Below, piece by piece: positions 52,707-61,955 of a stretch of 64,000 nucleotides of DNA. The notes below the pieces were generated by a model. That model searched no databases, had not been told where the DNA came from, and was given only the letters and a program-made list of their open reading frames with translations. The translations under genes and the position numbers were made by a program. This stretch comes from Acidobacteriaceae bacterium (lineage in GTDB: Bacteria > Acidobacteriota > Terriglobia > Terriglobales > Acidobacteriaceae), in assembly GCA_003162935.1 (NCBI GenBank), contig PLUW01000120.1, positions 16,396 through 80,395 on the forward strand, given 5' to 3'. Positions within the stretch are counted from its first letter, which is position 1. Each line of letters begins with the position of its first letter.

Positions 52707-53867
52707 CTACGTTTTCGGGGCCGCGAGCTTCACCGGAACCTGCTCGACAATCTCGATATCGAATCCTTCCAGCGCGGCCACTCTTCTCGGGTGATTAGTC
52801 AGCAATCGAATCCGTTTCAAATTCAAGTCCGAGAGAATCTGCGCTCCCAGGCCGATCTCGCGGTGCGTCTTGCGTTCACTTTCTGGAAGCGACGGCAAGC
52901 GGCGTTCGCGGTGGAAAGTTAGAAACGACTGCTCTCCGATTTTTTCCGCGGTGAACCCTTTGGAGGTCTGGTGCAGGTAGATCAATGCGCCGCGATCCTC
53001 CTCGGCAATAATTTTCAGGGAAGCTTCAAGCGTTCGATGGCAGTCGCAGCCGGTGGCTCCGAACACATCGCCCAGCAGGCAGTGCGCGTGCATGCGGACC
53101 AGGACCGGCTTCGAGGCATCATCGATGTCACCGCGAATCAATGCCATGTGGGACGCGCCGCCGTCGACTTCGCTTTCGTAGGCGATCAAGCGGAATTCTC
53201 CGTGCCTGGTTTCTACCATCGCCTCGCCCACGCGGTGGACGTAGCGTTCATGCTGCATGCGGTAGCGGATCAACTCCGCGACCGTCAGCATTTTCATCTG
53301 GTGCGTGCGGCAGAAATCGATGAGGTCAGGCACGCGGGCCATGGTGCCGTCGTCTTTCATAATTTCGCAGATGATGCCGGCGGGGATCATGCCGGCCAAT
53401 CGGGCTAGATCGACGGAAGCTTCGGTTTGTCCGGCACGCACAAGCACTCCGCCTTTTCGTGCGCGCAGGGGAAACATGTGGCCGGGGCGGGCCAGGTCCG
53501 AGGGCCGCGTTTTAGGATCGATTGCCACTTTGATGGTGTGGGCGCGATCATGGGCGGAGATTCCGGTGGTCACGCCTTCGCGGGCATCGATGGCTTCGCA
53601 GAACGCGGTTCCGTATTGCGAGGTGTTTTCGCTGGACATCGGGCCGAGGCGAAGATGGTCGAGGCGCTCCTCGGTCATCGCCAGGCAAACCAGGCCGCGT
53701 CCGTGCTTAGCCATGAAGTTGATGGCCTCGGGAGTGACTTTTTCGGCGGCCAGCGTGAGATCGCCTTCGTTCTCGCGATCCTCGTCGTCGACTACGACAA
53801 TCATGCGTCCGGCGCGAATCTCTTCGATCGCGGTAGGGACGTCGGTAAAAGGTGAGTTAGGAGTCAT
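52707..53867 (-). CDS. ribBA: bifunctional 3,4-dihydroxy-2-butanone-4-phosphate synthase / GTP cyclohydrolase II
   Basis: IVVVDDEDRENEGDL, RGLVCLA, GHMFPL (RibB half); HAHCLLGDVFG...CDC, IYL.QTSKG, RIRLLTN (RibA half). Start trimmed to ATG 53867. Confidence 0.9.
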   Translation of the reverse strand: MTPNSPFTDVPTAIEEIRAGRMIVVVDDEDRENEGDLTLAAEKVTPEAINFMAKHGRGLVCLAMTEERLDHLRLGPMSSENTSQYGTAFCEAIDAREGVTTGISAHDRAHTIKVAIDPKTRPSDLARPGHMFPLRARKGGVLVRAGQTEASVDLARLAGMIPAGIICEIMKDDGTMARVPDLIDFCRTHQMKMLTVAELIRYRMQHERYVHRVGEAMVETRHGEFRLIAYESEVDGGASHMALIRGDIDDASKPVLVRMHAHCLLGDVFGATGCDCHRTLEASLKIIAEEDRGALIYLHQTSKGFTAEKIGEQSFLTFHRERRLPSLPESERKTHREIGLGAQILSDLNLKRIRLLTNHPRRVAALEGFDIEIVEQVPVKLAAPKT

Positions 53868-53872
53868 GTGGG

Positions 53873-54511
53873 TCACGCGGCGTTCAAGTCTCGGCGCTTC
53901 GAAGGCGCGAGTTCCCTGTTCGGGCTGCGAAACAAATTCTTCATTTCCCTGACTACCCATCGCAACGCGACTGCGATCACGATCAAAAATAAGACTGCGA
54001 TGCTGCCTGCCGCAATCGGGTGCTGCGTGGCCAGCCAAGTCAGGGCCACGGCTAGAGTATCTTCTCCGGCGGAGAGCGCGAAATTCGAAACCGGCTCGGG
54101 AGCCGGGGTCACAGCGACTCGGGCTGCTGTCTTGCCGCCATGGGCTGCGAGGGCGATGACGCCTCCGGCTACTGTCGCCAGCAACTGCTTTTCTGGCGAG
54201 AGTTGCGAGGTTGCGCCGTATGCCATCAGTGCGGCTACAGGGATGCGCACAAAGGTGTGCAGAGCATTCCAGAACAAATCGAAAGCTGGGATCTTATCGG
54301 CAAAAAATTCAACCGCAAAAAGCACGCCCGAGGCGGCGATTACCCACCAACTGGCGATCAGGTGCAATCCGGCGGGCAAGTCGAGTACGCCGGCATGGGC
54401 GAGCAACCCCAGCGTGGCGACCGTGGCGTAGACGTTGAGTCCGGCGGCGAAGCTGACCGCCACGATCAAGCCGACGAGTTCGGGGCCGCTAAACTTCACG
54501 CCTGCCAGCAT
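53873..54511 (-). CDS. DUF4126 family membrane protein
   Basis: GLNVYATVATLGLLAH...VLFAVEFFADKIPAFDLFWNALHTFVRIP is a DUF4126-type pattern. Its stop lies 5 nt before the ribBA start. Confidence 0.7.
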   Translation of the reverse strand: MLAGVKFSGPELVGLIVAVSFAAGLNVYATVATLGLLAHAGVLDLPAGLHLIASWWVIAASGVLFAVEFFADKIPAFDLFWNALHTFVRIPVAALMAYGATSQLSPEKQLLATVAGGVIALAAHGGKTAARVAVTPAPEPVSNFALSAGEDTLAVALTWLATQHPIAAGSIAVLFLIVIAVALRWVVREMKNLFRSPNRELAPSKRRDLNAA

Positions 54512-54541
54512 ATTGGGATCAAGCCTCCCATTGGATTCAGT

Positions 54542-54575
54542 GTAAAACAGGAAAGGGTCGCCTGCGGCGACCCTT
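54542..54575 (-). terminator. rho-independent terminator after the 75-aa gene
   Basis: On the minus strand: aagggtcgcc-gca-ggcgaccctt followed by tcctgtttta. Confidence 0.65.
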
Positions 54576-54598
54576 CCGGTAAAAGCGTTCGCTTGCGG

Positions 54599-54826
54599 TT
54601 ACAGAGTGGATTCGATTTCAAAACCCCACGCTTCGAGCAAGGGCTCGGGGATGTACTTGGAATTCTTGTTCCGGCGCGCCCACTCGCGCAGCCGGGTGGA
54701 CCGCAAATACTGGTCCGGGGAGAGCTTGTACTCGTGCACAACCTGTTCAAATTCCGTGATAGTTGGAACCACCGGCCCGATCGGTTCGGGCTTGCCCCAA
54801 TTCGGGTTTCCGCGTCGCTTAGCCAT
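54599..54826 (-). CDS. conserved-looking hypothetical small protein (75 aa)
   Basis: ORF trimmed to MAKRRGNPNWGKPEPIGPVVPTITEFEQVV...YIPEPLLEAWGFEIESTL. Family not recognised. Confidence 0.45.
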   Translation of the reverse strand: MAKRRGNPNWGKPEPIGPVVPTITEFEQVVHEYKLSPDQYLRSTRLREWARRNKNSKYIPEPLLEAWGFEIESTL

Positions 54827-55320
54827 GAAAAATATACCCTCTCGCAAAAAATGACGACTTTCTCTCTTTGTGGAGCCTCGGTGGGATTGGATTCCAATGA
54901 AGGCTCCAAGGATTCCCACTGTTTCGATAAAATACGCGCCATCGAATCAATCCCAGCATACCCGATGGAAGCTATTGATAATAATAGGCTTTATGACATT
55001 TGTCAACAGAATTAAGAAGCCGTATGGCCCTTAAGTGGTATTTCCTTTCTGCACAATCACTTGCAGGCGACGTGCAATGGAGCGCATGACCCAGCGAGCG
55101 CAATCCATGTGACCCTTAATCACAGTGCTGAGATGGCCACGGTAACCATCTGCCAGACCCGGGCTCGCCCTAGCACCTGGATGTCGGCCGCGAGAGCTGT
55201 GATGACGACAGTAACCCGAAGACGCGGTCGCGGCGTTGACCGCGAGTTAGCCGGCCCGTAGAGTTCAAACGGGAAGAGTAATTTTCTTGGCTCTGCCTCG
55301 GTATCATCGTGACTCGAACC

Positions 55321-56454
55321 ATGAATTTAAAGTCCTTACTAATGAGTTCCGACGAAAGGACCGTGCGGGTTCTGCGCCGAGTCCTCAGCGACCTGGAAAT
55401 TGACGTGGAACATTGCCTTGGCGCGGAGAACGCCATTCGCCGGGTCACCCGCCAGCGTTTCGAGGCCATCATCGTAGACGGAGCCAACCCGGAGGACGCG
55501 GGACGGGTGCTGCTGGGAGCCAAAGCCGCTCCCGTCAACAAACGCGCCCTCGCGATTGTGTTGGTCGAAGCTGCCGTCGGACTCAAAGGCGGTTTTGAGT
55601 TGGGAGCCCATTTTGTCCTGCACAAACCCTTCGCGGTCGAGCGGGCCAAGGCCAGCTTCCGCGCGGTGCGCGCTCTGATGAAGCGTGAGCGCCGGCTCCA
55701 GATGCGGGTTCCGGTGCAGATTCCGGTCGAGTGTTTTGGGGCCAACCGGTACAAAGCCAAGACCATCGACCTGTGCGAAGGCGGCATGGCGATTCAGTTT
55801 ATCGGCCGCATGCCTAAAGAGAATGCGCTCCGTTTTTCACTCGATTTGCCGGGCATCGACCAGCCCATTGAAATTCATGGAGAGGTGGCATGGGGCGGCA
55901 GTGGCGATCTGGCCGGGGTTCGCTTTAAGGACGCCACCGATCATGAGCGCAACGCTCTGCGCCGGTGGTTGAACAAGCAACTTCCCGAACCCGAGCAGGA
56001 TGACCCGCCGGTGAGTTGCAGTCTCTCCGACCTAAGCGCCGGAGGATGCTATCTCACGACCAATTCGCCGTTCCCGCGCGGCACACGCGTGGTTCTTGCC
56101 ATCAAGAATGCGGACGCCGACGTCCGCGCCGCCGGCACGGTGCTGGTCGCGCACCCGGAAGTGGGCATGGGGGTGGAATTCCTTCGAGGCAACAGCGAGC
56201 AGGCCGAGCAGTCGCAACGCATGATCGCAACTCTGCACGCCAACGAAAAAAAACACCCCGAAGTTCTGGTCGCGCCCGACGGAATGGAACCGCCAACGGC
56301 CGAGGACAGCCTGGCGACCCTGCAAACCGCCGCAACCGAAATCTCGGGCACCGAAGACCCGCTGGTCGATCTGTTCCGGCAAAATTTTCAAGAGCCGGTC
56401 GAAATCTTCCTGCAGCAGATGAAGGAGCAGCGTCAGGCTCTGGATTCGCGATAG
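55321..56454 (+). CDS. pseudo-receiver plus tandem PilZ domain protein
   Basis: REC-like N-terminus (LLMSSDE, IIVDGAN, VLHKPF). PilZ 1 has RRLQMR ... DLCEGG. PilZ 2 has DLSAGG but no RxxxR. This is a paralogue of 7548..8315. Confidence 0.8.
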   Translation: MNLKSLLMSSDERTVRVLRRVLSDLEIDVEHCLGAENAIRRVTRQRFEAIIVDGANPEDAGRVLLGAKAAPVNKRALAIVLVEAAVGLKGGFELGAHFVLHKPFAVERAKASFRAVRALMKRERRLQMRVPVQIPVECFGANRYKAKTIDLCEGGMAIQFIGRMPKENALRFSLDLPGIDQPIEIHGEVAWGGSGDLAGVRFKDATDHERNALRRWLNKQLPEPEQDDPPVSCSLSDLSAGGCYLTTNSPFPRGTRVVLAIKNADADVRAAGTVLVAHPEVGMGVEFLRGNSEQAEQSQRMIATLHANEKKHPEVLVAPDGMEPPTAEDSLATLQTAATEISGTEDPLVDLFRQNFQEPVEIFLQQMKEQRQALDSR

Positions 56455-56500
56455 GGCACGCCGGTTCCGATCCTTTTATCTTTCTACGTTTCCGGGAACC

Positions 56501-57391
56501 CTACAGCTCGGATCCTACTTCGCTCACCGTTCCACGCTGTAGCAGATAGGCTCCGGGGCCCTGCTGTCCGCGAATCGAACGACAGAACTCGGCCACGAAG
56601 AATCCCGCCTTCACGGCTTCGTCGAATGCCCATCGGGTGGCTTCGCGCCACTCTCGCGCCAATCCCATGTCGACGCGCTCGACCTCCAGGATGTCGCTGG
56701 GGATTTCAATGCTCACGCGCTGCCGTGCCAGAGATTCGGCCAGACCGGCGCGGGCGGGCTTCCCGCTGGGATCGAAGCGCACCAGCGGAGCCAACAGCTT
56801 GAGCGCATCGAGCGCTTCCCCACGCGCATTACTCTTACCCGTCAGTCGATTCCGCACGCGCTTCGAATTCAGTATCCACCGCACCCAGAGCCGGTCGGTT
56901 CCGTTCTGATGCAGCATGCTCGAGGTCTCCGGTCCATAGAAATTCGCTTTATAGGTATCGGAAACCACACCTAGTTTGAAGAAATTGAAGTGCGCGTTGC
57001 GGCTTTGCAGCGGATCGTAGGTCCAAGTCATTTCATGGACACCCATGGCCATCGCCCGCTCGCGCTGAGCATGCTTCAAGCGCGCGCCCAGATCCAGATG
57101 CCGGTACGGGTCGAGCACCGCCAGCATGTGCGAGTGAAGTGTCGTTTCGCCGTGCTCGCGAGCGAGGAATCCGAAGGCGAATCCCACCATCTTGTCTTTA
57201 CCGGAGGCTCCATCGAACGCCCCCACAAAAATGTTGCCGGAGGCTTTCAGGGCGATGGCCAGGGTGAGGGGCAAGGCATCGTCGTCCGCCATGCCCCAGA
57301 CTTCCTTCTCGACCGCTCTTAACTGGCTGAGGTCGTCGATGGTCTTGAGGTCGCGAATTATAATGTGGTGCGCGCTCGATCGAGATGTCAT
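56501..57391 (-). CDS. GNAT-superfamily acetyltransferase-like protein (COG3375-type)
   Basis: VGFAFGFLAREHGETTLHSHMLAVLDPYRHLDLGARLKHAQRERAMAMGVHEMTWTYDPL shows GNAT core features. The assignment is from memory of the family. Confidence 0.6.
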   Translation of the reverse strand: MTSRSSAHHIIIRDLKTIDDLSQLRAVEKEVWGMADDDALPLTLAIALKASGNIFVGAFDGASGKDKMVGFAFGFLAREHGETTLHSHMLAVLDPYRHLDLGARLKHAQRERAMAMGVHEMTWTYDPLQSRNAHFNFFKLGVVSDTYKANFYGPETSSMLHQNGTDRLWVRWILNSKRVRNRLTGKSNARGEALDALKLLAPLVRFDPSGKPARAGLAESLARQRVSIEIPSDILEVERVDMGLAREWREATRWAFDEAVKAGFFVAEFCRSIRGQQGPGAYLLQRGTVSEVGSEL

Positions 57392-57587
57392 TGGCGACTC
57401 TTCTTGCGCCTGCAGTTTCGTTGCCGGATATCACAATCTCCGCGCGCAAGTCCGACGGTAAAGGAATCCATCGTGGAGTACAGGGTACGTAGCTGTCAAC
57501 GGCAATCACCCTGTGGTGCTTCTCAGCCTCGCAGCCAATTCCACGCATCCTAACCAACATGCTACCCTCGAACCGGAGACGACGACC

Positions 57588-58586
57588 GTGAAACCAACTG
57601 CCAGGCCTCTGCCTTTGTTCGTCCTTAATTTGTTCGTCTTTACTTTGATCGTGGTCGCGCTGGGAAATTCCCCGCTGCTCGCCGCCGATCGCGGCACTTT
57701 GGTCCGTGAAGCCATCCTCTACTTGTCTCCCGACACCACTTCCAACAAACTGGCCCAAATCGAACGCGGACGGGAACTGATTCTACTCGACAGGAGCCCC
57801 AAATGGCTCCACGTCGAGGCTTTGCTGGGTTCGCCAACTCCGGACCCCGCTTTCGTTTTCGAAGATGAAGATCGCGGTAAGACGGTCAGCGGGTGGGTGC
57901 TGGATACCGGCGTGGTCTGGGCGTCCACCCCGAACGGCGACCGCATCCTGTTCGGCGCCGCTGTCGATTCCGAGGAAGAGGCCAGCCGCCGACACGGACG
58001 CCGCGGCGCGGCGCAGGACGCCTTGCGGCTCTATCACCGCGTCTACGATATTTTCCCGAACTCCCCCCTGGCCGGCGAAGGCCTCTACCGCGCCGCGGAT
58101 ATTCAGTGGCAGGTTGAAAAGGCCGATACGCAGTCTCGCCCCTCGGCGCGCGAGAAGGAAGCCTACCTTCGAGAAGGCATCGAAGAGCAGTCGATGAAGC
58201 AGGTCATGAAGAAGTTTCCCGACTCTAAGTGGGCGCAGCTCGCAGCTTTTCATCTAATCGACAACAAACTCTGCGGAGACTGGCAGGCCTCGTCCAAGTG
58301 CCCGGAGAAAGAAGCCGACATTTACGAAAAGTATGTGAAGGAATATCCGCAGTCTCCCGCCGCTGCCGAAGCGCTCTACAACGCCGCTTCCCGGCGAGCC
58401 GCCCTGATCGAGATCTATAAGACCGAAGAACAGCCCAAGAAAACGGAACTGTCGAAAAACCAGGCCATCGCGCTCGCCCAGCAGTTAATCTCCCAGTATC
58501 CGCAAAGCGACTGGGCGTCGCGCGGGCAGACCTTGCTCTTCCTGGTGCAGCAGGGAGTGCCGACGTATGGGAACGCAATTCAGTAG
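57588..58586 (+). CDS. secreted protein with an SH3-like N-terminal region and a YbgF/BamD-like TPR C-terminal region
   Basis: GTG start, signal/anchor LPLFVLNLFVFTLIVVALG, then IERGRELILLDRSPKWLHVE (SH3b-like), then FPNSPLAGEGLYRAA...YPQSPAAAEALYNAA...YPQSDWASRGQTLL (YbgF-type repeats). Confidence 0.55.
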   Translation: MKPTARPLPLFVLNLFVFTLIVVALGNSPLLAADRGTLVREAILYLSPDTTSNKLAQIERGRELILLDRSPKWLHVEALLGSPTPDPAFVFEDEDRGKTVSGWVLDTGVVWASTPNGDRILFGAAVDSEEEASRRHGRRGAAQDALRLYHRVYDIFPNSPLAGEGLYRAADIQWQVEKADTQSRPSAREKEAYLREGIEEQSMKQVMKKFPDSKWAQLAAFHLIDNKLCGDWQASSKCPEKEADIYEKYVKEYPQSPAAAEALYNAASRRAALIEIYKTEEQPKKTELSKNQAIALAQQLISQYPQSDWASRGQTLLFLVQQGVPTYGNAIQ

Positions 58587-58687
58587 AGGCGCTGGCGAAC
58601 CAGATAGCTGATGTGGATTTACTTGTCTTGTCGATGCGGGGCCCAAACCCTCTAAATTCCTGCTGTAGAATGCAAACAACACTCATC

Positions 58688-58776
58688 GCCCGGATGGCGA
58701 AACTGGCAGACGCACGGGACTTAAAATCCCGGGTCCCTAACAGGACGTGACGGTTCGATTCCGTCTCCGGGCACCA
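58688..58776 (+). tRNA. tRNA-Leu (anticodon TAA), long variable arm, CCA encoded
   Basis: Acceptor gcccgga/tccgggc, anticodon arm cggga-ctTAAaa-tcccg, long variable arm, T arm gacgg-ttcgatt-ccgtc, discriminator A plus CCA. Confidence 0.95.
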
Positions 58777-58787
58777 ACCTCGACTAT

Positions 58788-59588
58788 TTACTCGCCAACG
58801 CCCTCGCCAAGGCCAACGATCACGGGGGTTCCACGCGGAGCTTCGTGCGATCCGCTTTCGGGTTCGAGCGTGACCACAAAATTCTTAGCCGTAACGCCTT
58901 CAGGCAGTGGAGGATTCACGAGAGTCGCGCTGCCCCGTTGATCCGGCTTGAACAAGCCGGCTGCGATGGGCGCGCCGCCGTTGGCGGGGAACAACCAGAG
59001 CTCGTAAATTTTCTCCGCTGGTAGCGGCGGAAGATTGCTGGCGATGAAAATCAGATTGCGATTGCGGCGCTGATAAATCGCCTTGCCTCGCGGCTGCGGC
59101 TTGCTTCCGGCGGCGACCAGTTCTATCTTTGTCGCTTCAGGATCGAGCAACGTGGCGACCACATCGTTCGCCTGGTCGAGCTTACTTCCCTGTTCGCTGA
59201 ACCGCGCTTGCAGCGAAGCCAGGTTTTGCTGGAGCGCTGAATTCTGTCGCAGCAGACCGATGCAGGCCAGAACCAGCGCCGCCACGGCGACCCAGGCTAG
59301 CGTTGGCCACCAGGAGCGCTGACTGCGGTCTGGCGGAGTTGCAACGACAACGGGCAGGCGCGGTTCCGCGGCAATCGCCGACATGAGCCGCTGTCTTGCT
59401 CGCACCGGCGGTTTCGGTCCGGCGGCGGTCAACGCAAGCAGGCTGACGTCGCCGCGCAGCAATTCCAGTTCGCGGCGGCAAGCGGCGCACCCATCCAGGT
59501 GCGTTTCGAGCGCCTGACGCTCGTCGCCTTCGAGCGACCCCAGCGCGTAAAGCGCCAGATCTTCCGCGAATTGTTCGTGTGCGCTCAT
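58788..59588 (-). CDS. anti-sigma factor (zf-HC2 N-terminus, RskA-like C-terminus)
   Basis: HLDGCAACRRELELL (HxxxCxxC), a central TM WWPTLAWVAVAALVLACIGLL, and a C-terminal RskA-type YELWLFP. There is a 4-nt ATGA overlap with the sigma gene. Confidence 0.85.
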   Translation of the reverse strand: MSAHEQFAEDLALYALGSLEGDERQALETHLDGCAACRRELELLRGDVSLLALTAAGPKPPVRARQRLMSAIAAEPRLPVVVATPPDRSQRSWWPTLAWVAVAALVLACIGLLRQNSALQQNLASLQARFSEQGSKLDQANDVVATLLDPEATKIELVAAGSKPQPRGKAIYQRRNRNLIFIASNLPPLPAEKIYELWLFPANGGAPIAAGLFKPDQRGSATLVNPPLPEGVTAKNFVVTLEPESGSHEAPRGTPVIVGLGEGVGE

Positions 59589-60145
59589 GCCGCCAACGCC
59601 TTTCGCAACGAAAGTAGTCCGGTGCGAATCCTGGTTTTGATCGTGCCGAGAGGCTCGCCGGTTTTCTCGGCAATCTCCACGTGAGTTAAGCCTTCGAAGT
59701 ATGCCATTTCGAGCGCCGATCGCTGCGGCGGCGCCATCGTCTGCATCGCGCCGCGAACCTTCTCCATGGCGCGGGAGCGGTCGGCTTCGCTGGCGAGATC
59801 GGGCTCAACTGAAACGATTACGTCTTCGATATCGTCTTGCGGACGGCGTTTGCGCAGAGCGTCGATGGCGCGGTGTCGCGCAATCACCGCCAGCCATGCC
59901 GCCATGTTGCCGCGTGTGGCGTCGAAGGCTCCGGGATTGCGCCACAGCTGCATGAAGATATCCTGCAACACGTCCTCGGCGGCGGCAGTGTCTTGCAACA
60001 CGCGCAAAGCCACGGCATACACGATGGAGGAATAGCGATCGTAGAGCGTCGCCATGGCGCTCTGATCGGCCGACCGGATCGCCGTCACCAGCGCCAGGTC
60101 GGACGGTATCGCGTTGCTGTCAGCGCTCGCCACGCCGATCTTCAT
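59585..60145 (-). CDS. ECF-type RNA polymerase sigma factor
   Basis: Region 2 is LYDRYSSIVYAVALRVLQD...DVLQDIFMQLW and region 4 is ALEMAYFEGLTHVEIAEKTGEPLGTIKTRIRTGL. The start is uncertain (ATG 60145 is chosen; the ORF extends to 60244). Confidence 0.85.
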   Translation of the reverse strand: MKIGVASADSNAIPSDLALVTAIRSADQSAMATLYDRYSSIVYAVALRVLQDTAAAEDVLQDIFMQLWRNPGAFDATRGNMAAWLAVIARHRAIDALRKRRPQDDIEDVIVSVEPDLASEADRSRAMEKVRGAMQTMAPPQRSALEMAYFEGLTHVEIAEKTGEPLGTIKTRIRTGLLSLRKALAA

Positions 60146-60253
60146 CCTCCTGAAGTACGTCGCAGAATGAGCTTTGGATTGCCGCCCCAACCCGACGAAC
60201 CCGCTTAGCTCACTGAAAATAGCAGTCTGGGCATGGGGATGCAAGAACCATGC

Positions 60254-61297
60254 CTAGTAGACTTCCGACCGGGTCGCCCGCGTCATCAGGTCTTCGATCG
60301 CCTGCTGGGGAGACTTGCCGTTTTCGAGAATGGCATACATCTGTTCGGTGATCGGCATCTCGACGTTCTTCTTGTGGGCCAGGCCGGCCGCGGCTTTGGT
60401 CGTGAACACCCCTTCGGCAACGGCACCGTGCATGCCGGCGATAATGTCGGGAAGTTCGCGGCCTTTGCCCAACTCAACCCCCACGCTGCGGTTGCGCGAG
60501 AGATCTCCGGTGCAGGTTAGAACCAGGTCGCCGAGCCCGGCGAGTCCGGACATGGTGTCGAGCCGCCCGCCGCAGGCCACGACCAGGCGCGCCACTTCGG
60601 CAAGACCGCGCGTAATCAGCGCCGCCACCGAGTTGTGGCCAAGGCCAAGGCCGTCGCAGACGCCAGCGGCAATGGCAATGATGTTCTTCAGCGCGCCTCC
60701 CAGTTCTACGCCAATCACGTCGTCGTTGGTGTAAACGCGGAAGCGCGAATCGTTGAACACCACCTGCACGGCGCGGGTCACTGCGCTGTCGGTAGACGCC
60801 ACGGTCACGGCCGTTGGATCGCCGCGCGCCACCTCCTTGGCAAACGACGGACCGCTCAGCGCTGCCACGCGCGGCGTGAACCTGCGGCTTCGCAACACAT
60901 CGGCAATCACTTCCGTCATGCGCAGCAGCGTGCCGTTTTCGAGTCCCTTGGTGCAGCTGACGAAAAGCGTCTCGGGGCGGAGCGCCGGCGCCATTTGTTC
61001 GAACAGAGATCGGCAATGCTGCGAGGGCATCACGCTAACGACGATGTCGGCGGCTTCGAGCGCGCGGTGCAGATCGCTGGTCGCTTCGATCGACTCGGGC
61101 AAGGTGAAGCCGGGCAGGAAACGCTGGTTGATTCGGCCGCTCGCGATGCTCTCCGCAACCTCAGGCTCTTTGGCCCAGAGGCGGATCTTGCGCTGGCACT
61201 CGTGCGTACTCTTGCGTCCAAGAACCATGGCCAGAGCGGTGCCCCATGCCCCTGCGCCGATGACAGCGATGCGGGTCGTCGCAGGTGTCGTTGTCAT
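60254..61297 (-). CDS. gpsA: NAD(P)H-dependent glycerol-3-phosphate dehydrogenase
   Basis: IAVIGAGAWGTALA, NQRFLPG, KGLE, GALKNIIAIAAG, RNRSVGVELG. Start ATG 61297 overlaps the plsY stop. Confidence 0.9.
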   Translation of the reverse strand: MTTTPATTRIAVIGAGAWGTALAMVLGRKSTHECQRKIRLWAKEPEVAESIASGRINQRFLPGFTLPESIEATSDLHRALEAADIVVSVMPSQHCRSLFEQMAPALRPETLFVSCTKGLENGTLLRMTEVIADVLRSRRFTPRVAALSGPSFAKEVARGDPTAVTVASTDSAVTRAVQVVFNDSRFRVYTNDDVIGVELGGALKNIIAIAAGVCDGLGLGHNSVAALITRGLAEVARLVVACGGRLDTMSGLAGLGDLVLTCTGDLSRNRSVGVELGKGRELPDIIAGMHGAVAEGVFTTKAAAGLAHKKNVEMPITEQMYAILENGKSPQQAIEDLMTRATRSEVY

Positions 61298-61935
61298 GGG
61301 CGGGTCGCTCCTAACGTTCTGGGTTCCGTGTGAGGCTTTCGTCCGAGTTTCGACTCTGTTCCGGTAGCAATGCGGCCGATGTTCTGGCGATGCTTCCAGA
61401 TGACGAGCGCTGAAACCGCAGCGATCAAAAGCAGTTGCCGCGAGTCCCTGTACTCGCGCCAAGCCCATGCCAGCAGCGGAAAGGCCGCCGCCACAGCGAC
61501 GGATGCAAGCGACACGTAACGAAGCGCAACCGCGATGAGCAGAAACAGCACCACCATACACAAAATGGATTTCGGAGTGAGCAGGATGAAAGCTCCAAGG
61601 CTGGTGGCGACGCCCTTGCCGCCGCGGAATTTGAGCCACACCGGAAAAAGATGGCCGAGCACGGCAAAGAACGCCGCCACAGTCATGATCAGCTGTGGAT
61701 GCGGTCCGCTGAACAGCCCCCGCGCCACCAGAACCGCAGCCAGTCCCTTGGCGGCATCGAGCGCCAGAGTCGCAATTCCCAGCGCCGGTGACTTGCGCGC
61801 CACGTTCGTTGCGCCGATGTTGCCGCTGCCGCTGGCGCGCACATCTTCCCCTTTGAAAATCCGCACCAGCAGATAGCCGAATGGGATCGACCCCAACAGG
61901 TAGCTGACCGCGGCGGTGATGAAATAGGGGTTCAT
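61294..61935 (-). CDS. plsY: glycerol-3-phosphate acyltransferase PlsY
   Basis: YLLGSIPFGYLLVR...GSGNIGATNV...FKGGKGVAT-like (FRGGKGVATSLG). Start at ATG 61935. Confidence 0.9.
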   Translation of the reverse strand: MNPYFITAAVSYLLGSIPFGYLLVRIFKGEDVRASGSGNIGATNVARKSPALGIATLALDAAKGLAAVLVARGLFSGPHPQLIMTVAAFFAVLGHLFPVWLKFRGGKGVATSLGAFILLTPKSILCMVVLFLLIAVALRYVSLASVAVAAAFPLLAWAWREYRDSRQLLLIAAVSALVIWKHRQNIGRIATGTESKLGRKPHTEPRTLGATRP

Positions 61936-61955
61936 GTCCACGACTGATTTTCGAT

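Noticed and set aside
54512-54600. FMN riboswitch upstream of the DUF4126-ribBA unit
   Set aside because: The 89 nt contain only a terminator hairpin and an SD. None of the conserved FMN-element core strings was recognisable by eye. A covariance-model scan is still needed.
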